Positions 18,915 to 28,174 of a DNA stretch of 59,269 bases are shown piece after piece. Every line of letters starts with the position of its first letter. The stretch's first letter is position 1. The notes beneath the pieces were generated by a model. It was not told the DNA's origin. It made no database searches and saw only the letters and a program-made list of their open reading frames with translations. The position numbers were made by a program, and so were the translations under genes. Source of the stretch: Planctomycetota bacterium (lineage in GTDB: Bacteria; Planctomycetota; PLA2; JAEUHO01); NCBI GenBank assembly GCA_050248855.1, contig JBFWRP010000028.1, forward strand, positions 1-59,269, written 5' to 3'.

Positions 18915-20131
18915 GTAGCCCCCAGGACGGCCGTCAGCGCGGGGACGAGCAGCAAGGCCTCCTTCTCGGTCAGGGTCAGCGGCGGGAGGAGGCGCAGCTG
19001 CTTCGGGTCGCCGCTCGTGCCCGTGAGGATGTGGTGGTCCTCCAGGAGATGGCGCACGACGGGGCCGGCCGGGCGGTCGAGGTCCACGCCGATCATGAGG
19101 CCTGCGCCGCGCGTGCCCACGACCCCGGGCACGCGCTCGAGCTCCCGGCGGAGTGCGCGACCCACGCGCTCGGCGTTGGCCGGCAGCTTCTCCTCCGTCA
19201 GGATCCGCGCCGTCGCGGCAATCGCGGCCGCGGCCAGGGGACCGCCGCCGAAGGTGGTGCCCTGCTCGCCCTTCGTCACGTGCGCGGCCACGTCTTCGCG
19301 AACGAAGGTGACACCCACGGGGAAGCCGCCGGCCACGCCCTTGGCGCCGGTGATCATGTCGGGCGTGACCCCCATCTGCTCGCCGAAGAAGAGCGTGCCG
19401 GTGCGTCCGAAGCCCGTCTGCACCTCGTCGAAGATCACGAGCGCGCCCACGGCATCGGCGCGTCGGCGCAGGGCCTTGAACCACGAAGCGGGCGCCACCT
19501 GGATGCCACCCATCGAGGGGATCGGCTCCAGGATCACGCCCGCCACGTCGTGGTCGAGTGCCGCGAGCAGCGCCGCTTCGTCGCCGTAGGGGACGTAGCG
19601 GTGCTCGGTCGGGATCGGGTACGCCGGGTCGCGGTAGCTCGGGAGACCCGTCGCGCCGAGCGAGCCCAAGGTGCGGCCGTGGAAGCCCTCCTTCATGCTC
19701 ACGATCACGCGACGCTTGGTGTGCTTGCGCGCGATCTTGAGCGCGGTCTCGTTGGCCTCGGTGCCCGTGCTGCAGAGGAAGACGCGCGCCAGCCCAGGCG
19801 GCGCCAGCGCCGCCAGGCGTTCGACGGCGAGGGCCCGCACGTCGACGTAGAGCACGTTGCTGTAGAACACGAGACGCTCGGCCTGCGCCTGGATCGCCGC
19901 CACGAGGCGGGGATGGCAGTGGCCCGGGAGCGCGACGCAGTGGCCGCCGTACAGGTCGAGGTAGCGGGTGCCCGCGACGTCTTCGACCCACGAGCCCTGG
20001 CCGCGTGCGAGCACGATGGGCCACTTCGCGTACGTGGCGACCTGCCAATGGTCCTCCACGTCGCGGGCCGTGGCCGCGTCCGTCGGCAGGTCCCCCAGGG
20101 CGTCGCGCAGGCGCTGGTCGGCGTCGCTCAC
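18911..20131 (-). CDS. argD: Acetylornithine aminotransferase (class III PLP)
   Basis: GTEANE.A.K, FHGRT, DEVQTGFGRTG, PLP lysine in GAKGVAGG, TTFGGGP. Confidence 0.9.
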   Translation of the reverse strand: MSDADQRLRDALGDLPTDAATARDVEDHWQVATYAKWPIVLARGQGSWVEDVAGTRYLDLYGGHCVALPGHCHPRLVAAIQAQAERLVFYSNVLYVDVRALAVERLAALAPPGLARVFLCSTGTEANETALKIARKHTKRRVIVSMKEGFHGRTLGSLGATGLPSYRDPAYPIPTEHRYVPYGDEAALLAALDHDVAGVILEPIPSMGGIQVAPASWFKALRRRADAVGALVIFDEVQTGFGRTGTLFFGEQMGVTPDMITGAKGVAGGFPVGVTFVREDVAAHVTKGEQGTTFGGGPLAAAAIAATARILTEEKLPANAERVGRALRRELERVPGVVGTRGAGLMIGVDLDRPAGPVVRHLLEDHHILTGTSGDPKQLRLLPPLTLTEKEALLLVPALTAVLGAT

Positions 20132-21153
20132 AGACCGGCTCCGGGCCGGAGCAGACCGGTGGTCTCCTCGAGGCCGTACATCAGGTTGGCGTTCTGGACG
20201 GCCGTGCCCGCCATGCCTTTCCCGAGGTTGTCGATGGCGACGTTGACCACCGCCGTGCCCTCGCGCACGACGAGCGAGACGTCGGCGAAGGACGTTCCGG
20301 CCACGGCGCGGACCTCGACGTCGCCCGGGACGGGGCGCACGAGCGGAGAGGTGGCGTACTGGGTGGCGAATGCGGTGCGGACGGCCTCTTCGTCGGCCTC
20401 CCCCACCGGCGCGAATGTCGTCACGTGGATCCCCCGCGCGATCGGCGCCGAGCAGGGGACGAAATCGATGCGCGTGCCGCCGAGCGTCTGCTCGATCTCC
20501 GCCACGTGCTGGTGGCGGAGCGGCTTGTAGGCCTTGAAGTTGGAGAACCGCTCCGGGTGGTGCGTGCCGGCGGACGGCTTGGCCCCTGAGCCGCTCGAGC
20601 CCGTGACGCTCACGACGTGCGGTCGGCCCGCGAGCAGGCCGGACGCAACCAACGGCAACAGGGCCAGGAGGACGGCCGTGGCGTGGCAGCCGGGGTTGCT
20701 CACGAGGCGGGCCTCGCGGATCGACTCGCGGTCGCCCGCCTCGGGGAGGCCGTACACCGCCTCGGCCAGGCGGGTCGGGTGCGGATGCTCCATCGCGTAC
20801 CAGCGCGGGTAGAGCGTGGCGTCCTTCAGGCGGAAGTCACCCGACAGGTCGATGGCCTTGAGGTGCGCATGACGATCGAGCAACCCCGGGAGCTCGGCCG
20901 CAGCGACGCCATGCGGGCGCGCCGAGAACACGAGGTCGGCGTCCGCGACGAGGCCGTCAAAGCCGTGCGCGCCCTCCTTCGTGAAGACGAGGTCCGTCAC
21001 CCCACGGAGGTGCGGCAGGTGGTCTGCGACCGGACCGTCCTCGCTGCGGCTCGTGAGTGCCGTCACCTCGATCTCGGGGTGCCCGAGTAGGTAGCGCAGC
21101 AGCTCCATGCCGCCGTAGCCGGTGCCGCCCAGGATGACGGCGCGGATCGTCAC
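20128..21153 (-). CDS. argC: N-acetyl-gamma-glutamyl-phosphate reductase
   Basis: GGTGYGG, IDLSGDFR, YGLPE, NPGC, DNLGKG.AG.AVQN.N. Confidence 0.93.
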   Translation of the reverse strand: MTIRAVILGGTGYGGMELLRYLLGHPEIEVTALTSRSEDGPVADHLPHLRGVTDLVFTKEGAHGFDGLVADADLVFSARPHGVAAAELPGLLDRHAHLKAIDLSGDFRLKDATLYPRWYAMEHPHPTRLAEAVYGLPEAGDRESIREARLVSNPGCHATAVLLALLPLVASGLLAGRPHVVSVTGSSGSGAKPSAGTHHPERFSNFKAYKPLRHQHVAEIEQTLGGTRIDFVPCSAPIARGIHVTTFAPVGEADEEAVRTAFATQYATSPLVRPVPGDVEVRAVAGTSFADVSLVVREGTAVVNVAIDNLGKGMAGTAVQNANLMYGLEETTGLLRPGAGL

Positions 21154-22082
21154 GCCGAGAGCGCCTTGACGTCGGCGATGCCCTGGGCGACGGTCGCCGC
21201 CGAGCGCTCCAACGCGGCCTTCTCGTCCGCGGACAGCTCGAGCTCGACGATCTTGTGCACGCCGCCGGCGCCGAGCTGGACGGGGACGCCGATGTAGACG
21301 CCGTCCAGACCGTACGCGCCCGCGGTCCAGGCACTGGCCGGAAGCAGGCGCCGCGTGTCCCCGAGGATGGCCTCGACCATCAGCGCCGCGCTCGCACCGG
21401 GTGCGTAGTACGCGCTGCCCGTGCCGAGCAGCTTCACGATCTCCGCGCCGCCGTTGCGCGTACGGTCCGAGAGCGCGGCAATGCGGTCCGCGGACATCAG
21501 CTCCGTGATGGGCACGCCGTTGACGGTGCTGAAGCGCGGCAGCGGCACCATGCTGTCGCCGTGACCGCCGAGCACCATGGCCCGGACATCCTTGGCCGAG
21601 GTCGAGAGCTCCATCGCGATGAACGTGGCAAAGCGTGCCGAGTCGAGCACACCCGCCATGCCCACCACGCGCGAGGGCTCGAAGCCGCTCGCCTGCTGCA
21701 CGACCCACGTCATGACGTCGAGGGGGTTGGTGACGGTGACCACGACGCTGTCCGGGGCGTAGCGACGGATGGCCTCGCCGGCGGAGCGGGCGATCTCGAC
21801 GTTCTTCTTGAGCAGGTCCATGCGGTCCATGCCCGGCTTGCGGGGGAACCCGGCCGTGACGACCACGACTTCGGCGCCCGCGATGACGTCGACCTGGTGC
21901 GAGCCCGTGACGCGTGCGTCGAAGCCGAACACCGGACCGACCTGGGTCATGTCCAGGGCCTTGCCCGCCGGCACGCCCTCGACGATGTCGTACACGGCCA
22001 CGTCGGCCGCATCGCGACTGGCCAGCTGGTAGGCGCAGGTCGCCCCCACGTTGCCGCCACCGATGATCGCCACCTTGCGCAT
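21150..22082 (-). CDS. mdh: Malate dehydrogenase (LDH-like)
   Basis: GGGNVG, TAGFPRKPGMDR.DLL, NPLD, LDSAR, GGHGD, SAYYAP; GAAGGAG RBS. Confidence 0.95.
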   Translation of the reverse strand: MRKVAIIGGGNVGATCAYQLASRDAADVAVYDIVEGVPAGKALDMTQVGPVFGFDARVTGSHQVDVIAGAEVVVVTAGFPRKPGMDRMDLLKKNVEIARSAGEAIRRYAPDSVVVTVTNPLDVMTWVVQQASGFEPSRVVGMAGVLDSARFATFIAMELSTSAKDVRAMVLGGHGDSMVPLPRFSTVNGVPITELMSADRIAALSDRTRNGGAEIVKLLGTGSAYYAPGASAALMVEAILGDTRRLLPASAWTAGAYGLDGVYIGVPVQLGAGGVHKIVELELSADEKAALERSAATVAQGIADVKALSA

Positions 22083-22115
22083 GCTCGCTCCTTCGCTGCC
22101 CATCCGGGGGCCGGG

Positions 22116-22124
22116 AGGATAGCA
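22116..22124 (-). promoter_or_regulatory. Putative extended -10 (TGcTATCCT) for the mdh-arg operon
   Basis: Motif lies ~34 bp upstream of the mdh ATG. Confidence 0.4.
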
Positions 22125-22162
22125 ACGGCACCCCGCGCGCCTGAGAACGCGGGGCAGCGTCT

Positions 22163-22262
22163 GTACGGTGCCAGAGCAATTCCTACCACCTGGCGTACGG
22201 GCCCCCGGCGGGGGCGCCAGACCCTGACACGCCAGGTGGTAGGAATTGCTCTGGCACCGTAC
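22163..22262. repeat. 100-bp element with perfect 34-bp terminal inverted repeats (MITE/REPIN-like)
   Basis: GTACGGTGCCAGAGCAATTCCTACCACCTGGCGT (22163-22196) and its exact reverse complement (22229-22262). Confidence 0.9.
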
Positions 22263-22286
22263 GCCCGCGCGTACGCGGCAGGCCGT

Positions 22287-23675
22287 CTAGCGCCCGGCGC
22301 GGGGGGCGGCCGTCTGGAAGAGCTGGGTCCAGCGCGCCTCGTCGGCGTTGTAGCGCTGGAGAGCGCTGCGGAACCCGGCCAGGGCTTCCTGGAGGGCCGC
22401 CTCGGACGCGGCGTTGCCTTCGCCCTGGCGCGCCAGGAGCGTCTCCAGGCGGGCCGTCGAACGGTTGAGCTCGCGCATGGCCAGCAGGTAGCTGTGGGAG
22501 GCCTGGCGCAGGTTGTCGTAGGCGATCTGGTCGCTCTCCGGCTCGTTCAGGAGCTTCCAGGGATGGGCCCGGATGTCCTCGCTGGCGTCGAACAGGTTGT
22601 GCGCCGTGTCCACGAGCGCCGCGAGGAGCTCGTCGGACTTGAGGCCCGCGTTGTCCAGGATCTCGCGGGCGCGGGGGCCGAGGCCCTCGAGCTCGCCGGC
22701 GAAGCGCTCCAAGCGACCGCCGGTGGCGACCATCGAGTCGAGGAACTGCGAGACCTTGGGGCCGCTCTCGGTCATGAGCGACTCGATGCTCTTGGCGGCG
22801 ACGTCCACGGAGCCCAGGGCGCTCTCCGCCTTGTCCAGGACGCGGCCGAGGTCCTCGCGGACGGACGCCAGCACCTCGCGACCGTCGGCCGTGAGGGCGG
22901 CAGCGCCCTTGCCTGCCTCCTCGAACTGGGCCAGCACGGTCGCCAAGCGCTCGTCGATGCGAGCGACGGCAGCCCGGACATCACGCACCGTCCCCACGGC
23001 TTCGTCGCTGAGCGCTGCGGTGTCCAAGGCATCGACCTTCTCGGTCAGGCTCTGCAGGAGGCTGCGGGCTTCACCGAGGACGCCGACGCCCTCCGTGGCG
23101 AGCCGGTCGATGCCGATGGCGGCGCGTCGGATCTCCGCCAGGGCGCCGTCCAGCTGGGCGGTGACGCTGTCGAGGCCCGCGCCTTCCACCGCCAGGATCG
23201 GGGTGCTCCGCGTGGACTCGGGCGTGAGGTTCTCCTCCGAGGTGCCCGGTACGAGGTGCAAGCTGCGGACGCCCGCGATGTTGGTCTCGATGAGACCCTT
23301 GGTGCCGACGGGCACGCGCAGCCCAGGATTCGTGCGGATGACGGCGCGCACGTAGACCTCGCGGAGCTCCCGGTCCCCCACGGGCTCGCCCGTGGCGAGC
23401 CCCAGGCGCAGGCGATCGGCGTCGGTCAGCTGGTCGCCGCGGCGGACCTCTTCGGCCAGCTCGACCGTCTCCACGTGGCCGATCGTGGTTCCGTTCATCG
23501 AAACGGGGTCGCCCGGTCGTGGAGCCGCCCGCCCTTGCGCGAAGCGCAAGTTCCAGCGCGCGTAGCTGCCCCACGGCTTGTACTCGCCACCGGCGAAGAA
23601 CAGCAGACCGAGCAGGATGGCGAGGGCCACGAGGACCAGGATGCCGACCTTGAGCTCTGCCTTCTTCGTGTACAT
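22287..23675 (-). CDS. mlaD: MlaD/MCE-family lipid transport protein with long helical C-terminus
   Basis: ELKVG N-terminal anchor, GDPVSMNG..IG.V, MCE-type I.T.IAG...L.LVPG, coiled-coil, HPWKLL. Confidence 0.8.
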   Translation of the reverse strand: MYTKKAELKVGILVLVALAILLGLLFFAGGEYKPWGSYARWNLRFAQGRAAPRPGDPVSMNGTTIGHVETVELAEEVRRGDQLTDADRLRLGLATGEPVGDRELREVYVRAVIRTNPGLRVPVGTKGLIETNIAGVRSLHLVPGTSEENLTPESTRSTPILAVEGAGLDSVTAQLDGALAEIRRAAIGIDRLATEGVGVLGEARSLLQSLTEKVDALDTAALSDEAVGTVRDVRAAVARIDERLATVLAQFEEAGKGAAALTADGREVLASVREDLGRVLDKAESALGSVDVAAKSIESLMTESGPKVSQFLDSMVATGGRLERFAGELEGLGPRAREILDNAGLKSDELLAALVDTAHNLFDASEDIRAHPWKLLNEPESDQIAYDNLRQASHSYLLAMRELNRSTARLETLLARQGEGNAASEAALQEALAGFRSALQRYNADEARWTQLFQTAAPRAGR

Positions 23676-23688
23676 GAGGTCTCCGTGC

Positions 23689-24501
23689 CTAGAGGCGGAA
23701 CAGCATGAGGTAGTTGAGGATGCCGTCCGCGATGAGGATGGCGACGATGGCCGTCACGACCGAGCTGGTCGTGGCCCGCCCGACGCCTTCCGCGCCGCCG
23801 CGGGCCCGGAAGCCCTTGTAGCAACCGACCAGACCCACGAGCAGGCCGAAGACGATCGACTTGACCAGCCCGTCGCGGATGTTCTCCGACGTGAGCTGCA
23901 TCCACACCTGCTCCCAGTAGGTGTTGGGCCCGATCTCGAGCACGGTCCCCGCGACGAGACGCCCCCCGTAGATGCCGACGAGGTCGCCCACGAGGGTCAC
24001 GCACGGCACCATCAGGGTGACGGCGAGGATGCGCGGAGCGGCCACCAGGCGCGCCGGCTTCAACGCCATCGTCTCGAGCGCCGTGATCTCCTCGCTGACG
24101 ACCATCGACGCGATCTCCGCGGTGTACGCGGCGCCGATGTAGCCCGTCATGATGATCGCCGTCAGGAGGGGCCCGAGCTCGAGCACCATGCCGATGCCCA
24201 TGAGCTTGCCGACGTACTCCTTGAACCCCAGCGTGATGAGGATGCGACCGCCGATGAGGGCCAGGATCATCCCCACGAACAGGTTGACGAGGACGACCAC
24301 GGGCAACGACCGGGGCCCGCTGCGCACGGCCTGGGTGCGGAACACCCGGGCCGCGATCGGCGTGCGCCGCCACGCCTCGGTCAGGCCGTGGGCCGCGCTC
24401 TCGCGAAGCAGCAGGCCGGCGCTTCCGAGGAAGCCCACGACCCCGAGCGTGGCCCCGCCCAGGGATTCCAAAGCGTGCGCGACCGGGCCCCGACGGTGCA
24501 T
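23689..24501 (-). CDS. mlaE: MlaE-family ABC permease
   Basis: SLPVV, ELGPLLTAII..G..GAA..AEI..M..SEEI.AL, PR, GGAEGVG.ATT.SVV. Confidence 0.9.
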   Translation of the reverse strand: MHRRGPVAHALESLGGATLGVVGFLGSAGLLLRESAAHGLTEAWRRTPIAARVFRTQAVRSGPRSLPVVVLVNLFVGMILALIGGRILITLGFKEYVGKLMGIGMVLELGPLLTAIIMTGYIGAAYTAEIASMVVSEEITALETMALKPARLVAAPRILAVTLMVPCVTLVGDLVGIYGGRLVAGTVLEIGPNTYWEQVWMQLTSENIRDGLVKSIVFGLLVGLVGCYKGFRARGGAEGVGRATTSSVVTAIVAILIADGILNYLMLFRL

Positions 24502-24532
24502 CGTGGCAGGGTCGCCGCCGGGAGCGCCTGAT

Positions 24533-25756
24533 TCAAGGGCCGGACGGGGCGCCGCCGGGAGGCGACCGCCCGCCCGCAGCCGTCTCCGAGGGAGACGCCT
24601 CCCCACGCAGCCCCACCCGCACGCGTTCGGTCGGGGACTCGTAGATCCGGTAGCGCTTGCGCACCTCCCCGCCCAGCTGCAGGATCGGGGCGAGCATCTT
24701 CTCGTTGTCCTCCAGCACCCAGCCGCATTCGGAGAAGGGCATCTGGAACTGGCGGGACGTAGCCCGGACGTGGGCGATCATCGCCTCGGCGATGGCCCCG
24801 CCGCGCGCTTCGGGCACCACGCCCAGCAGCACGCATCGCGTCGGCACCGGGCGCTTCAGGCCGCGCAGCAGCTTCCACCAGAGCGTGGGAAACAGGCGAC
24901 CGTTGCGCGGACCGTGCAGCAGGATCCGGTTGATGTCCTTCAGGAAGATGGAGAACCCGACGGCGTCCTCGCCCCGCATCGCGATGGAGGACATGTTCGC
25001 GTCGAGCACCATCTTCAGGTCGTCCGCGGCGTGCTCGAACTCGGCGTCCGTCGCCGGAACGAAGCCCCAGTTGCGCTCCCAGCAGCGGTTGTAGAGGTTC
25101 TTGAGCACCTTCCGTTCTTCGTCGAAGCGACCGAGGTCGATGCGGCGCAAGACCGTCGAGCTGCGCTCCATGCGGCGCTGGATGACGCGGGCCCACCGCT
25201 CGGGGAGGGGGTCGTAGGCCGAGACGTGGAGCGCGAGCAGGTCCTTGGCCTTGACGAGGCCCGCACCCCGCAGGAGGGAGTCGTAGTCGGGGCGGTTCCA
25301 CGGCATCAACAGCGCCGGAGGCTCCTCGAAGCCCTCGATCAGCACGCCGCAGGTGTCGTTCGTCGTGTAGCTGACGGGCCCCCGGAGCGGCCCGAGGCCC
25401 CGGTCGGCGATCCACGCGTCGGTGGCCTCGACGAGTCGGGCGGCCGCCTCGGGATCGCTCTCGACGTCGAAGAAGCCGAAGAACCCGATGCGGTCCTCGT
25501 GGAACTCGTTGTGCCGCGGGTTCTCGATCGCCGCGACGCGGCCCACCACCCGCGATCCGCGCCACGCGAGGAAGTGCTGCGCCGTGCCGAACCGGAAGAA
25601 CGGGTTGGCGCGCCGGTCCATGAGCTTGGCCTCGCCCATGCGCAGCGGGGGAACCCAGGCCGGCTCGTCCCGGTTGAGACGGTACGGCACGTCGATGAAG
25701 GCCCGGCGGCCCTTCCGGCCGACCTCGGGCTCGACGCGGAGCGGCGCGGGGCTCAT
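24533..25756 (-). CDS. GNAT-family N-acyltransferase, bacterial ceramide synthase (bCerS)-like
   Basis: WVPPL, NPFF, VGRVAA, GFFGFF, RGP.S..TND.CG.LIEGF, NWGF.P, W.LEDN; directly downstream of an SPT-like gene. Confidence 0.75.
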   Translation of the reverse strand: MSPAPLRVEPEVGRKGRRAFIDVPYRLNRDEPAWVPPLRMGEAKLMDRRANPFFRFGTAQHFLAWRGSRVVGRVAAIENPRHNEFHEDRIGFFGFFDVESDPEAAARLVEATDAWIADRGLGPLRGPVSYTTNDTCGVLIEGFEEPPALLMPWNRPDYDSLLRGAGLVKAKDLLALHVSAYDPLPERWARVIQRRMERSSTVLRRIDLGRFDEERKVLKNLYNRCWERNWGFVPATDAEFEHAADDLKMVLDANMSSIAMRGEDAVGFSIFLKDINRILLHGPRNGRLFPTLWWKLLRGLKRPVPTRCVLLGVVPEARGGAIAEAMIAHVRATSRQFQMPFSECGWVLEDNEKMLAPILQLGGEVRKRYRIYESPTERVRVGLRGEASPSETAAGGRSPPGGAPSGP

Positions 25757-25778
25757 GACGCGGATCCCGCGCGCGGCG

Positions 25779-26999
25779 TCATTCCGTGACGGACTCCCGC
25801 CGCAAGACGGGGAAGCGCGCCGCGACGTGGCGGAACGCCTCGAGGATGCGGTCGAGGTCGTCCTCGCTGTGCGTGGCCATGTACGAGGTGCGCAGCAGGC
25901 TCTGCCCGGGCGGCGCCGCCGGCGGCAGCACGGCGTTGACGAACACGCCCTGCTCGAAAAGCAGGCGGTTGGCTTCCATCGTGGTGGTCTCGTCGCCGGT
26001 CACGACGCTGAGGATGGGGCTGCCTCCGGCCACGACCTCCAGGCCGAGGCCTTCCAGGCCCGCCTTCATGCGCTCCACGTGACGCCACAGGCGCTCACGG
26101 CGCTCCGGTTCGGCGTGGATGATGTCGAGGCACGCCAAGACCGTGGCCACGCTCGAGGGCGTCATGCTGGCGCTGAAGATGATCGAGCGCGACGTGTGCT
26201 TGAGGGTGTCGATCACCTTGCGCGGGCCCGCGATGAAGCCGCCCAGGCAGGCGAACGACTTGCTGAACGTCCCGACGACGATGTCGACGTCCCCGAGCAC
26301 GCCGAAGTGCTCGCAGGTGCCGCGACCGCCCTCGCCGAGCACGCCGAGGCCGTGCGCGTCGTCGACGACGGTGCGCGCACCGTGGCGCTTGGCCAGCTCG
26401 ACGATCTCGGGCAACGGAGCCAAGTCGCCCAGCATGGAGAAGACGCCGTCCGTGATGATCAGGCGTCCGCCGTCGTCGGGGACCCGCGTGGTCGCCAGGA
26501 GGCGCTCCAGGTCCAGCACGTCGTTGTGGCGGTACTTGTAGAGCTTGGCAAACGACAAACGGCAGCCGTCGATGATGGAGGCGTGGTTGTCGCGATCGCC
26601 GAAGATCACGTCCTCGCGTCCGCAGAGCGCGCCGAGCAAGCCGACGTTGGTCTGGAAGCCCGTGCCGGAGGTGATGCACGCCTCCATCTGGAGGAAGGCG
26701 GCCAGGCGCTCCTCCATCTCCTCGTGGATGCGCAGGGTGCCGTTGAGGAAGCGCGAGCCCGTGCAGCCCGTCCCGAAGTCGCGCACGGCCCGCTGGGCGG
26801 CTTCCACGACCCGGGGGTCGTGGGTGAGGCCGAGGTAGTTGTTGGAGCCGGCCATGACCATGCGCCGACCGTCGATGACGACGTTCGTGCCGCCCGCCGA
26901 CTCCTGGATGGCGCGGAAGTACGGGTACAGACCCGCGCGGCGGAGGTCGTCGGCCCTCTGGTACCGGTAGGCCTTCTCGAAGAGGTCCAACGCTGTCAC
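25779..26999 (-). CDS. spt: Alpha-oxoamine synthase, serine palmitoyltransferase-like
   Basis: YPYFR, GSNNYLGL, GSRFLNGT, NHASIIDG, DDAHG, PLP lysine in GTFSKS. Start GTG 26999 or TTG 26990. Confidence 0.75.
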   Translation of the reverse strand: MTALDLFEKAYRYQRADDLRRAGLYPYFRAIQESAGGTNVVIDGRRMVMAGSNNYLGLTHDPRVVEAAQRAVRDFGTGCTGSRFLNGTLRIHEEMEERLAAFLQMEACITSGTGFQTNVGLLGALCGREDVIFGDRDNHASIIDGCRLSFAKLYKYRHNDVLDLERLLATTRVPDDGGRLIITDGVFSMLGDLAPLPEIVELAKRHGARTVVDDAHGLGVLGEGGRGTCEHFGVLGDVDIVVGTFSKSFACLGGFIAGPRKVIDTLKHTSRSIIFSASMTPSSVATVLACLDIIHAEPERRERLWRHVERMKAGLEGLGLEVVAGGSPILSVVTGDETTTMEANRLLFEQGVFVNAVLPPAAPPGQSLLRTSYMATHSEDDLDRILEAFRHVAARFPVLRRESVTE

Positions 27000-27140
27000 G
27001 TCCTCGCGGGATTGTGGCCGCGTCCCGGGCCGGAGAGGGGCATCGGCGGCCGGGCCGCCCCTGCGCCCCGGCGGCGACAGCCTACGCGGAACGTCCCCCG
27101 GCGGCGCGCCCCGGCCCGGACCTCGCATATCCTCCCCCGG

Positions 27141-28139
27141 ATGCGGGCGTTGGTCACGGGCGGGCACGGTTTCATCGGCCGTCACCTGGTCGGGCGCTTG
27201 CGCGAGCGCGGGGTCGAGGTGCGCGTCCTCTACCGCCGCCCCGGGCTACCGGAGGGCCTTGCGGCCTGGGACGTCGAGGTCGCACGCGGCGACCTCCGGG
27301 ACGCCTCCAGCCTCGTCGCGGCGGTGCGCGGCGTCGATGCCGTGTTCCACCTGGGCGGGCTGACGCGCGCGCGCACGCGTAGCGAGATGTTCGACGTCAA
27401 CGCGGGCGGTACGGCACGCCTGCTGGCGGCTGCGCGGCGCGGCGGACAGGTCGACCGCTTCGTGTACTGCTCGAGCACGGCGGCGCGCGGCCCGTCTCCA
27501 CGCCCGCGCCCGGTGCCCGAGGCGGAGCTCCCGCCTGCCTTGTCGTGGTACGGCGCGAGCAAGGCCAGGGCCGAAGCACTGCTCGCGCGCCACGCCGGAC
27601 CTCTGCCCTGGGTGGCCGTCCGCCCCACGGCGGTCTACGGACCGGGCGATCGGGACTTCCTGACGTTGTTCCGGGCCGTGGAGCGCGGCGTGGCCCTCTT
27701 GCCCGGCGGCCCCGGGGCGGTGTACAGCCTCGTCCACGCGCAGGACGTGGTCGATGCGCTGCTTGCCGTGTCCGATGCCTCGGCCGCCCGGGCGCGCACC
27801 TACACGGTGACGCATCCCGAGCTGCTGTCCATGGACGCGATCATCGGCGCGGCCGAGGCTGCGGTGGGCCGCCGCGCGCGTCGGGTGCCCGTGCCGGCGG
27901 CAACGCTCCGACTCGTCGGCGCCGTGGCCGACCTGGGAACCCAGCTCACGGGCCGCGCCTCCCTCCTGGGCTCGCAACGCGTGGTGGAGGTGGCGACGCG
28001 GCATTGGGTCTGCTCCGCCGAGGCGCTCGTGGCGGACACGTCGTGGCGGCCGCGGATCGACGTTCGCAGTGGCTTCGCCGACACGGTCGCGTCCTACCGC
28101 CTGGCCGGACAGCTCGCGCCGCGGGCGAGCGGACGTTGA
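27141..28139 (+). CDS. NAD-dependent epimerase/dehydratase (extended SDR), putative ceramide reductase (CerR-like)
   Basis: VTGGHGFIG, YGASK, RP..VYGPGD; TATCCT ends 7 bp before the ATG (possibly leaderless). Confidence 0.8.
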   Translation: MRALVTGGHGFIGRHLVGRLRERGVEVRVLYRRPGLPEGLAAWDVEVARGDLRDASSLVAAVRGVDAVFHLGGLTRARTRSEMFDVNAGGTARLLAAARRGGQVDRFVYCSSTAARGPSPRPRPVPEAELPPALSWYGASKARAEALLARHAGPLPWVAVRPTAVYGPGDRDFLTLFRAVERGVALLPGGPGAVYSLVHAQDVVDALLAVSDASAARARTYTVTHPELLSMDAIIGAAEAAVGRRARRVPVPAATLRLVGAVADLGTQLTGRASLLGSQRVVEVATRHWVCSAEALVADTSWRPRIDVRSGFADTVASYRLAGQLAPRASGR

Positions 28140-28174
28140 CGCGCCCGATGCTCCGTCGCACCCTCGGGGCGTCC

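Noticed and set aside
18911..21153. LysW-dependent (LysY/LysJ) pathway suggested by the HHPER motif in ArgC
   Set aside because: No lysW or lysX in the operon; ArgB, ArgF' and ArgH point to an N-acyl arginine route.
25779..26999. Annotation as bioF or kbl
   Set aside because: No bio or tdh genes nearby; motif and neighbours fit SPT better, though this is unproven without a phylogeny.
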